Below are positions 9,799 through 17,631 of a stretch of DNA of 62,054 bases, piece after piece. The stretch spans positions 1 to 62,054 of the forward strand of contig DASWFN010000086.1 of assembly GCA_036394215.1 (NCBI GenBank), read 5' to 3'. Position numbers and translations under genes: made by a program. The DNA is from Candidatus Limnocylindria bacterium. GTDB lineage: Bacteria > Chloroflexota > Limnocylindria > P2-11E. Position 1 is the stretch's first letter, and each line of letters starts with the position of its first letter. The notes under the pieces were generated by a model. That model ran no database searches. It was not told the origin of the DNA and saw only the letters and a program-made list of their open reading frames with translations.

Positions 9799-10841
9799 CA
9801 GTCCGCCGCCGCGACGGCGCGGCGGTCGCTGCTCGCCCCACTGAACTCCGGGGCGTCCTCGAGATGCGCGACGTTGTCGTAGCCGAGGTGCGCGTACAGA
9901 CGGTTCCGCGCCGAGAGGAACACGAGCGGCTCCTTCCCGTCGTTGAAGTGCTGATGCACGGTGTTGTGCGGCACGTACAGCAGGTCGCCGGTCGTGAAGT
10001 CCCAGCGCGTCGGCTCCTTGGCGATCCGCGCGTAGTAGCGGTCGTCGATCTCGGCCTCGACGTCCCAGTGGAGGCTGTGGCCCTTGCCCGAGATGACGTA
10101 CACGGCCTCGTCGGCCATGTGCCAGTGCTTCCCGGACCGGCTGCCGGGCGCGACCTTCTGCTGGTACAGGTCGAGGCTGTGCGTCCGCGCGTCGCTGCTC
10201 TTGGGCGAGAGGATCACGCGAACGTTGCCGTCACGCGTGGTCTCCCAGCGCGTCTCGGCGGGCTTGATGACCTTCTTCTTCTCTTCCCAGCCGGGGCTCC
10301 AGAGCTGCGTCCAGTCCTGCCGCGGGCCGAAGCGCGAGTCATCCTTGACCGCGCCGGAACGGCCTTGCTGGATGAGACCGAGGACCATCCACGAGGTCTT
10401 GGCCTTCAGCACGAGCGCGAGCGCGCGCTCGGTCTTGGACTTGTTGAAGTGCTGGTGCTTGCTGTCGTGATGGACGATGACGAGGTCGTCCTTCTCCCAG
10501 TCGTAGCGCTTGCCGTCGTGGATCTCGTAGCCGCTGCCCTCGAGGATGTAGAAGTGCGCTTCGTTCTGGTGGCCGTGGCCGAAGTTGTTGCCACCGGGCA
10601 TCAGCTCGACGAAATGGACCTGCAACGACTGTGTGAGGAACTCCTCGTCGCCGGGACCGAGCATCCAGTAGGTCTTGGATTTGTCGGGATCGGCGTCCCC
10701 GGAGTGCCCGACCGTCGCGTCGTCCACGACCGTGCCCGCTCGCCGGACGCGATCGCGGCCGTGCTGCAGGTCGCGCTGCTTGCCGAGCCCGTACGTCTCC
10801 GACCCGATGCCGCGCAGGAATGTGCGACCGTCCTCACCCAC
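9798..10841 (-). CDS. Bicupin metalloprotein, tandem partner of 8806..9798
   Basis: Cupin motifs GHGHQNEAHFYILEGSG / VHHDSKHQHFN and GKHWHMADEAVYVISGKG / YVPHNTVHQHFN. Start re-set to GTG 10841 behind GAGGAGG. The stop overlaps the next ATG by 1 nt. Confidence 0.75.
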   Translation of the reverse strand: MGEDGRTFLRGIGSETYGLGKQRDLQHGRDRVRRAGTVVDDATVGHSGDADPDKSKTYWMLGPGDEEFLTQSLQVHFVELMPGGNNFGHGHQNEAHFYILEGSGYEIHDGKRYDWEKDDLVIVHHDSKHQHFNKSKTERALALVLKAKTSWMVLGLIQQGRSGAVKDDSRFGPRQDWTQLWSPGWEEKKKVIKPAETRWETTRDGNVRVILSPKSSDARTHSLDLYQQKVAPGSRSGKHWHMADEAVYVISGKGHSLHWDVEAEIDDRYYARIAKEPTRWDFTTGDLLYVPHNTVHQHFNDGKEPLVFLSARNRLYAHLGYDNVAHLEDAPEFSGASSDRRAVAAAD

Positions 10842-10869
10842 GTCAGCTCCTCCTCTTTCTGCGAACCGC

Positions 10870-10896
10870 CGAATGGTATGACAGTTGGACCAATGC
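10870..10896. promoter_or_regulatory. GntR/FadR-type operator-like motif upstream of bicupin operon
   Basis: CGAATGGTATGACAGTTGGACCAATGC is an AT-rich island in otherwise ~70% GC DNA. Related boxes are at 12125, 17579, 23665 and 35203. Confidence 0.35.
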
Positions 10897-12108
10897 CTAC
10901 TGCGCCTTCGCCAGCCGCGGACGCCGCGCGAGACCCGACTCGGCGCGCGTCGCCGGGCTCGACAGCGCGACGGCGAGCCACGCGGCGAGGCTGATGACGG
11001 CGATGACCGGGAACATCTGCGCGATGCCGAGCGCGCTCGCGATCGCGCCGCCGAGCGACGGACCGGCGATGGCACCGATGTCGAGGCCCGAGTTGTAGAC
11101 GCCCGACGCGAGGCCGACGTCGCGGCCTTCGTTGCGCAGCTCGGCGATCGTCGCCGCGCTCGTCGCGCGCAGCACCCCGCGGGTCAGACCGAGCACGATG
11201 AAGAGCGGAACGAGCACGACGAGCGAAGCGGAGAGCGGCAGCGCCATCGTCGCGGCGGCCGCGGCCAGCACGGCGATGAGCGTCACCGTCCGGTAGTCCA
11301 GGAACCGCAGGAAGAGCCCGCCGGTGGACCGGATGAAGAGCGCCGCACCGCTCTTGAACGCGCGGAGGATGCCCACGGCCGCGAGCGAGATGCCGATGGT
11401 CGGTCCGAACACCGGGAAGAACGTGTCGACGCTGTCGGAGAGCAGGTTCAGGTAGAGCACGATCACGAACGCGAGCCAGATGCGGCGATCCAGGCTCGTC
11501 CCCGCCGCGAGCAGCCCGCGCAAGCCGCGGCCACGCGCGAATGGCAACGGCGCCCCCTCGACCGCGGGCAGCGTCAGGATCGCGAGCGCCGCGAGGATCG
11601 GCAGGACCGCGGCCGCCGCGAAGGTGCTCGGGATCCCGATGCGCTCGGCGAGCGCGCCGCCGAGCGCGTAGCCCACCGCGTAGCCGAGCGAGATCGCGGC
11701 GGTGTACCAGGCCATCGAGGCGCCGGCACGCTTTCCTCCGGTGATGTCGATGGCGAGCGCAAGGCCGAGCGTACCCACACTGCCGAACGCGAGCCCGTGC
11801 AGCAGGCTGAGCGCGAGGATTGGCACGAGCTGTCCGCCGGCGAACGCGAAACCCGCGGTCGAGATCCCGAAGAGGGCGAGCGCGATCGCGAACTGCCGCT
11901 TCGCCCGCTCGGCCCGGTACGCGGCGCCGACCGGCAGCCGCGACACGAGCTGCATGACCGCGAAGAGCGACGTGAGCAGGCCGATGAGCGACAGCGCGTA
12001 GCCGTGGCCGGCGAGGTACGGCGGATAGACGATCTCAGCCGTCCCCTTCGTCGTGGTGATCGCCGACGCGACGACCAGCAGGACGACGAACGGACGCCGC
12101 GCGATCAC
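10897..12108 (-). CDS. MFS transporter (~403 aa)
   Basis: Multi-helix hydrophobic ORF. Start re-set to GTG 12108 (VIARRPFVVLLVVASAI); upstream codons of track ORF 10897..12375 are Ser/Arg-rich. Confidence 0.8.
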   Translation of the reverse strand: MIARRPFVVLLVVASAITTTKGTAEIVYPPYLAGHGYALSLIGLLTSLFAVMQLVSRLPVGAAYRAERAKRQFAIALALFGISTAGFAFAGGQLVPILALSLLHGLAFGSVGTLGLALAIDITGGKRAGASMAWYTAAISLGYAVGYALGGALAERIGIPSTFAAAAVLPILAALAILTLPAVEGAPLPFARGRGLRGLLAAGTSLDRRIWLAFVIVLYLNLLSDSVDTFFPVFGPTIGISLAAVGILRAFKSGAALFIRSTGGLFLRFLDYRTVTLIAVLAAAAATMALPLSASLVVLVPLFIVLGLTRGVLRATSAATIAELRNEGRDVGLASGVYNSGLDIGAIAGPSLGGAIASALGIAQMFPVIAVISLAAWLAVALSSPATRAESGLARRPRLAKAQ

Positions 12109-12124
12109 AAGATCCCTCTTGTCT

Positions 12125-12160
12125 GCATTTGACCATGCTCTGTATACCGAATACCGTTCG
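12125..12160. promoter_or_regulatory. GntR/FadR-type operator-like motif in MFS / GntR divergent region
   Basis: GCATTTGACCATGCTCTGTATACCGAATACCGTTCG. Its reverse complement CGAACGGTATTCGGTATACAGAGCATGGTCAAATGC parallels the 10870 box. Confidence 0.35.
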
Positions 12161-12199
12161 TGCCGGCACGAGATGTCAGGGGGAACGGGGAGGACCGCG

Positions 12200-12880
12200 A
12201 TGCCGCACAGCAACGCGGGCGCTCCGGATGTCGCCCGCCTCGACCGGCCGGACGTCCGCAGCATCGAAGAGGTCGTGACGACCGCGCTGCGCGACGCGAT
12301 CCTCTCCGGCGAGCTCCGCCCCGGCGAGCGGCTGCTCCAGGAGCAGCTCGCGGACCAGCTCCGGGTCAGTCGCATCCCGCTCCGCGACGCCCTGCGGCGG
12401 CTCGAGGCCGAGGGCCTCGTGCGGATCGGACCGCGCCGCGGCGCCGAGGTCGCGTCCCTGACCCGCGCCGATGTGCTCGAGATCTACGAGGTCCGCATCG
12501 CGCTCGAGCCGGACCTCATGCGCCGGGCCGTCGCGGCGCTCGGGCCCGCGGACACGAAGCGGCTCATCGACATGTCCGAGCAGATGGACGCGCGCGTCGA
12601 CAAGCCGGCCGAGGGCCTGCGGGCGCGCCGCGCCTTCTACAGCGAGCTCTACGCCTACGCCGGACGGCCGCGCATCCACCGCCTGATCCTCGGCCTGCGC
12701 GACGACGTCCAGCGCTACCACGTGCTGAAGAACGTCGCGGCGGCGCTCCACGATCACGCCGAGCTCCGCGAGTGCATCCGGGCCAAGGACGCCGAGCGCG
12801 CGGCGCGGGTCCACGCCCAGCACCTCGCGCGAGCGTGCGCGGACCTCGTCGACGTGCTCGAGCGGGACGGGTCGCTGTGA
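12200..12880 (+). CDS. GntR-family regulator, FadR/FCD subfamily
   Basis: LLQEQLADQLRVSRIPLRDALRRLEAEGLV winged helix plus FCD-like helices. ATG 12200 follows GGGGAGGACCGCG. Confidence 0.8.
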   Translation: MPHSNAGAPDVARLDRPDVRSIEEVVTTALRDAILSGELRPGERLLQEQLADQLRVSRIPLRDALRRLEAEGLVRIGPRRGAEVASLTRADVLEIYEVRIALEPDLMRRAVAALGPADTKRLIDMSEQMDARVDKPAEGLRARRAFYSELYAYAGRPRIHRLILGLRDDVQRYHVLKNVAAALHDHAELRECIRAKDAERAARVHAQHLARACADLVDVLERDGSL

Positions 12881-13830
12881 GGACCGAGCGGGTCCGGTTC
12901 TTCAGCGAGGGCGTGCGCCTCTCGGGCTTCCTCCATCGTCCCGACGCCGACGCCGCCGGCAAGCTGCCGTTCATCGTCCAGGGCCCCGGGTGGCTCGGCC
13001 TCGCCGACGCGAAGCTCTACGGGCCGTACCACGAGGCCTTCACCAAGGCGGGCTTCGCCGTCCTCATCTTCGACTACCGCGGGTTCGGCGAGAGCGAAGG
13101 GGATCGCGGCACGCTGTCGCCGCAGTGGCAGCTCGAGGACTGGCGGAACGCCATCGCCTACATGCGCTCGCGCGACGATATGGACGCGGCGCGGGCGGCC
13201 GTCTTCGGGAGCGGCGGCACCGGCGGCGGCAACGCCGTGCTGGTCGCCGGCTTCGAGCCGGACGTGCGTGCGACGATCAGCCAGGTCCCGGTGGCCGACG
13301 GCCGCGACTGGCTGCACCGGATGCGCCAGGAGCACGAATGGGTCGCGTTCCTCGCGAGCGTCGACGCCGACCGGCGGGCGCGCGCGGCGACGGGTTCGGG
13401 CACGGTCGTCCACCCGCGCGAGGGGATCATGGTCGAGACGCCGGAGCGGCGCGCGAGCGCGGTGAAGGCCGACGTCGACTCGCGCATCCCGACCGCGATC
13501 CCGTTGAGCGCGGCGGACGGCATCCTCGCGTACCGGCCGCTCGACGTCGCCGGAAGGGTCCGCGGGCTCATGGTGATCGGCGTCGCCGACGACGCGGTCA
13601 CGCCGACCGATCACGCCGAGGCCCTGTACGAGGCGGCGCGGCGGCCGAAGCGGCTCGTGCTCCAGCGCAACACGACGCATTACGCCGCGTACAAGCAGTA
13701 CGCGGGCGAGGTCATCCCGATGATGGTCGAGTGGCTGCGGGCCCTCGTCCTCCGGGACGACGACATCGAGGTCCGCGAGGCGAAGGCACAGGAGGAAAGC
13801 GTGCGCCACATCGGAGGCCCCAACGCATGA
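12877..13830 (+). CDS. Alpha/beta-fold hydrolase (317 aa) with atypical nucleophile elbow
   Basis: GTG 12877 overlaps the GntR stop (GTGA). Contains FDYRGFGESEG, the elbow FGSGGTGGGNA and a late DDAVTP...H segment. The first 239 codons of track ORF 12160..13830 are shadow sequence. Confidence 0.7.
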   Translation: MRTERVRFFSEGVRLSGFLHRPDADAAGKLPFIVQGPGWLGLADAKLYGPYHEAFTKAGFAVLIFDYRGFGESEGDRGTLSPQWQLEDWRNAIAYMRSRDDMDAARAAVFGSGGTGGGNAVLVAGFEPDVRATISQVPVADGRDWLHRMRQEHEWVAFLASVDADRRARAATGSGTVVHPREGIMVETPERRASAVKADVDSRIPTAIPLSAADGILAYRPLDVAGRVRGLMVIGVADDAVTPTDHAEALYEAARRPKRLVLQRNTTHYAAYKQYAGEVIPMMVEWLRALVLRDDDIEVREAKAQEESVRHIGGPNA

Positions 13831-15203
13831 CGAGCGACACCGTGATCCGCGGCGCGACCGTGGTCTTCGAGGACGGCGTGCGCCGCGCGGACATCTCCAT
13901 CGCCGGCGAGACGATCGAAGCGGTCCACGACGCCGGCACGGCGCCGAAGGCGAAGCGCGAGATCGCGGCCGAGGATCTCGTCGCCCTGCCCGGCATGATC
14001 GACATGCACTCGCACCACCGCGAGCCCGGCTTCGCCCACAAGGAGGACCTCGCCCACATGGGCCGCCAGTGCGCCGCCGGCGGGGTGACGGTCTCCGTCG
14101 CGATGCCGAACGTGAGCCCCGCGCCGACGACGGCGAAGGACCTCGACGGGATGATGGAGCTCTACCGGCAGCGCGCCGGGTTCGACTGGAACGTGAATGC
14201 CTCGGGCGTGCAGCTCGCCGAGATCCCGAAGCTGGCCGAGCGCGGGATCCTCGCGTTCAAGATCTTCATGGTCGTGGACACCGGCCGCTCGTACCCCCAC
14301 ATGCCGGGGATCGGCCTGCACGAGCACGGCGAGCTCTACGAGCGCATGAAGGCGGTGAAGGCGACGGGCCTCCCGTTGATGATCCATCCGCACGACCAGG
14401 CGCTCATGGACGCGATCGAGAAGGAGTACTGGGAGCGCGGCGAGCGCGACTTCCGCGCGTACGCGAAGGCCTACGCGCACGACGACGGTGTGATCTGGGA
14501 CAGCGCCGTCGGGACGCTGCTCCGCCTCCAGGAGGCGACGGGCGTCCGGCTGCACCTCCTGCACACCCAGACCAAGCGCGTCGTCGAGATGCTGCGCGCG
14601 GCGAAGGCCGCCGGCCGCAGCGTGTCGTCCGAGGTGAACCCGTGGTGCTTCTGGCTCGGCAACGACTGGGCCAACATCGAGCGGCTCGGCTCGTACGCGC
14701 TCTCGTATTACGTGGCGCCGCATCACTCCGCGGCCGTGTACGAGGGCTTCAGGGACGGAACGGTCGACATCATGGCCACCGATCACGCGCCGCACCTCCG
14801 TGAGGAGAAGGAGCCGGGCTGGACCGATGGGTGGAAGGCCCACACCGGGACGCCCTCGGAGCAGTACTACCTCTCGCTGCTGCTCACCGACGTCGCCGCG
14901 GGCAAGCTCAGCTACGAACGCGTCGCCGACGCGACCGCCACCCGGCCGGCCAAGCTCTTCGGTCTCTATCCCCGCAAGGGCGCGATCCGCGCCGGGGCCG
15001 ATGCCGACATCGTGCTCGTCGACCCGAAGAAGACCAAGACGATCACCGACGCCGATCAGCTGAGCAAATGCGGGTGGACCCCGTACGCGGGCCACCAGGT
15101 CCAGGGCGTGCCGGTGTACACGTTCCTTCGCGGCACGGCGATCCTCGACGACGGCGCGCTCGCGCTTCGGGACGGCTTCGGCAAGCAGGCGGTGCGGGCA
15201 TGA
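13827..15203 (+). CDS. Cyclic amidohydrolase (dihydropyrimidinase/hydantoinase/allantoinase/dihydroorotase superfamily), 458 aa
   Basis: [10 protein letters not shown] (HxH), AFKIFM (carbamylated-Lys position), [14 protein letters not shown] and ATDHAPH, i.e. a full binuclear-metal ligand set. ATGA overlap with the upstream gene. Confidence 0.8.
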   Translation: MTSDTVIRGATVVFEDGVRRADISIAGETIEAVHDAGTAPKAKREIAAEDLVALPGMIDMHSHHREPGFAHKEDLAHMGRQCAAGGVTVSVAMPNVSPAPTTAKDLDGMMELYRQRAGFDWNVNASGVQLAEIPKLAERGILAFKIFMVVDTGRSYPHMPGIGLHEHGELYERMKAVKATGLPLMIHPHDQALMDAIEKEYWERGERDFRAYAKAYAHDDGVIWDSAVGTLLRLQEATGVRLHLLHTQTKRVVEMLRAAKAAGRSVSSEVNPWCFWLGNDWANIERLGSYALSYYVAPHHSAAVYEGFRDGTVDIMATDHAPHLREEKEPGWTDGWKAHTGTPSEQYYLSLLLTDVAAGKLSYERVADATATRPAKLFGLYPRKGAIRAGADADIVLVDPKKTKTITDADQLSKCGWTPYAGHQVQGVPVYTFLRGTAILDDGALALRDGFGKQAVRA

Positions 15204-16204
15204 TCAAGCTCGGATACAAGGCCTCCGCCGAGCAGTTCGCGCCGCGGCCCCTGGTCGAGTTCGGCGTCGCGGCCGAGGCGAAGGGCTTCGACAGCATCGT
15301 CGTGAGCGACCACTTCCAGCCGTGGAAGCACACCGACGGGCACGCGCCGTTCTCGTTCGCGTGGCTCGCCGCACTTGGCGAGCGCACGAAGCGCGCGACG
15401 ATCGGCACGAGCGTCGTCACGCCGACCTTCCGCTACCACCCCGCGATCGTCGCGCAGGCGATGGCGACGCTCTCGTCGCTCTACCCGGACCGGGTCCTGC
15501 TCGGCGTCGGCACCGGCGAGTCGCTGAACGAGGTGCCGGTGCTCGGCATCGAGTGGCCCGACTTCAAGGAGCGCTTCGGCCGGCTCAAGGAAGCGATCGA
15601 GATCATGCGGCGGCTCTGGACCGAAGAACGGATCACCTTCGACGGCGACTACTACCACCTGCGCAACGCGACGGTGTACGACCGGCCGCCCCATCCGATC
15701 CCGCTCTACGTCGCGGCGTCGGGCGAGTCGGCGGCCCGCCTCGCCGGGCGCGTCGGCGACGGCCTCATCTGCACCAGCGGCAAGGGCGCCGGGCTCTACA
15801 CCGAGACCCTGCTCCCCGCCCTCGCCGAGGCCGCCGCGAAGGCCAGGCGCGACGTGGCCGCCATCGAGAAGATGATCGAGGTCAAGGTCTCGTTCGATAC
15901 GGATCCGCAGCGCGCGCTCGAGGACACCCGCCACTGGGCGGCGCTCGCGCTGCCCGCGGAGGACAAGCACGGCGTCGAGGATCCGATCGAGATGGAACGC
16001 CGTGCATTGGCCCTGCCGATCGAGAAGATCGCGAGCCGCTGGCTCGTCTCGAGCGACCCCGACGAGCACGTCGAGCAGATCGCGCAATACGTCGGCTACG
16101 GCTTCGACCACCTCGTGTTCCACGCGCCCGGCCCGGATCAGCTGCGATTCATGGATCTGTACGCCGAGCACATCCTGCCCCGGCTGCGGAAGCGGTTCGC
16201 CTAG
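15200..16204 (+). CDS. fgd: F420-dependent glucose-6-phosphate dehydrogenase family (LLM class), 334 aa
   Basis: [21 protein letters not shown]...SDHFQPWKH...[14 protein letters not shown]...[10 protein letters not shown]...ICTSGKG...[11 protein letters not shown] is collinear with my recollection of mycobacterial Fgd1 over the full length. ATGA overlap with the amidohydrolase gene. Confidence 0.75.
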   Translation: MIKLGYKASAEQFAPRPLVEFGVAAEAKGFDSIVVSDHFQPWKHTDGHAPFSFAWLAALGERTKRATIGTSVVTPTFRYHPAIVAQAMATLSSLYPDRVLLGVGTGESLNEVPVLGIEWPDFKERFGRLKEAIEIMRRLWTEERITFDGDYYHLRNATVYDRPPHPIPLYVAASGESAARLAGRVGDGLICTSGKGAGLYTETLLPALAEAAAKARRDVAAIEKMIEVKVSFDTDPQRALEDTRHWAALALPAEDKHGVEDPIEMERRALALPIEKIASRWLVSSDPDEHVEQIAQYVGYGFDHLVFHAPGPDQLRFMDLYAEHILPRLRKRFA

Positions 16205-16857
16205 CCCTTCGGGACGCCGCTCCAGCGCTCGAAGAGCTGGTGCGCGACCCCGAGCTGGTCGAGCGCCTTGCCGACGCTGTGGTCGACGATCTCGGCGACC
16301 GTCTTCGGACGGACGTAGAAGCCGGGAACCGGCGGCAGGATCGTCGCGCCGTAGAGCGCCAGCTCGTGCATCGACTTCAGATGACCGGCATGGAGCGGGG
16401 TCTCGCGGACCATGAGCACGAGCGGGCGGCGCTCCTTCAGGTGGACGTCGGCCGCGCGGACGATGAGGTTGTCATTCAGCGAGTGGGCGATCGCGCTCAT
16501 CGTGCGGATGCTGCACGGCGCGACGAGCATCCCGCTGGTGAGGAACGTGCCGCTGGCCAGCGCCGCCGCGAGATCGTTCTCCTCGTACGTGACGTGGGCG
16601 AGCTTCAGGACGTCGGCGACCGCGCGATCGGTCTCGTACTCGATCGTGGCGCGCGCACCCTTCGAGATGATCGCGTGGATCTCGACCGCCGGGTCGGCCC
16701 GGAGCACCTCGAGCGCCCGGATCCCGTAGATCGCGCCCGACGCGCCGGAGAGGGCGACGACGAGCCGGCGGGTCGCCGTCAGGGGGCTCAGCCGGTGCGC
16801 GCCGGACGGCGGCGCGCACGGGCGACGATGTCCGACTGCTCCTGCGTCGCGAGCCAC
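16201..16857 (-). CDS. ubiX: Flavin prenyltransferase UbiX (prFMN synthase)
   Basis: [14 protein letters not shown]...[43 protein letters not shown]. The track start GTG 16857 overlaps the upstream GntR gene by 70 nt. A CTG at 16791 would give a 196-aa protein with a CTGA junction. Confidence 0.85.
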   Translation of the reverse strand: MARDAGAVGHRRPCAPPSGAHRLSPLTATRRLVVALSGASGAIYGIRALEVLRADPAVEIHAIISKGARATIEYETDRAVADVLKLAHVTYEENDLAAALASGTFLTSGMLVAPCSIRTMSAIAHSLNDNLIVRAADVHLKERRPLVLMVRETPLHAGHLKSMHELALYGATILPPVPGFYVRPKTVAEIVDHSVGKALDQLGVAHQLFERWSGVPKG

Positions 16858-17549
16858 CGCCGAAGCCGCTTCTCGAAGTCCTGGAGATGCGCGAGCATGA
16901 GGCTCCGCGCCGCCTCCGGATCGTGCGAGCGGATCGCGTCGAGGATCTCCTCGTGAGCCCGCTGCGTCGCCTTCGCGGAGCGCACGTCGCGCATGTCGTG
17001 CAGCGTCTGGATCAGCAGGTCGCGGTAGGCCGCGACCGTGCCGGCGAGCAGCTCGTTCTGCGCCGCGTCGGCGACGGCGACGTGGAAGTCCATGCTCGCC
17101 TCGGTGTGCGGCGCCTGCTCGCGGACGACGGACTTGCCCTGCTCCACGGTGCGCGCGATGCGCTCGATGGCCGCGGCATCCGCGCGCTCGGCGGCGAGCT
17201 CGGACGTCGCGGTCTCCACGACCGTGCGGGCCTCCGCGACCCCGGAGAGCGTCATCCGGCGGAGCAGGATCATCGTCGAGATCGACTCGGCGACCTGGTC
17301 GACGTTCGTCTCGGCCACGAACGCGCCACCGCTCGCACCCACCTTCACGTACACGAGGCCGCGGGCCTCGAGCACGCGCAGCGCGTCGCGCACGGTGATC
17401 CGCGAGACGCCGAACCGCTCGGCAAGCTCGCGCTCGGACTCGAGGCGATCACCGATCTTCAGCTCGCCGGAGAAGATCGCGCGCTCGATCTGGGACACGA
17501 TCTCGCCCGAGGCTCGCGCTTGGCGGACCGGCGTAAAGGCGATTCCCAT
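16788..17549 (-). CDS. GntR-family regulator, FadR/FCD subfamily (253 aa)
   Basis: MGIAFTPVRQ...ESERELAERFGVSRITVRDALRVLEARGLV plus an FCD-like C-domain. ATG re-set to 17549. Confidence 0.8.
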   Translation of the reverse strand: MGIAFTPVRQARASGEIVSQIERAIFSGELKIGDRLESERELAERFGVSRITVRDALRVLEARGLVYVKVGASGGAFVAETNVDQVAESISTMILLRRMTLSGVAEARTVVETATSELAAERADAAAIERIARTVEQGKSVVREQAPHTEASMDFHVAVADAAQNELLAGTVAAYRDLLIQTLHDMRDVRSAKATQRAHEEILDAIRSHDPEAARSLMLAHLQDFEKRLRRWLATQEQSDIVARARRRPARTG

Positions 17550-17578
17550 TCCCAGACCTTTCAACAGGCTTCCAGGCG

Positions 17579-17605
17579 CAAAGGTATAACAATCAGACGA
17601 TTCCC
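17579..17605. promoter_or_regulatory. GntR/FadR-type operator-like motif in GntR-ubiX / ThDP-enzyme divergent region
   Basis: CAAAGGTATAACAATCAGACGATTCCC. The core GGTATAAC fits GT-N3-AC. ATCAGAC-GATTCCC mirrors GTCTGAT-AATTCCC at 23678. Confidence 0.35.
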
Positions 17606-17631
17606 GGCGTGAATTTCGAGGAGGGTGCGAT

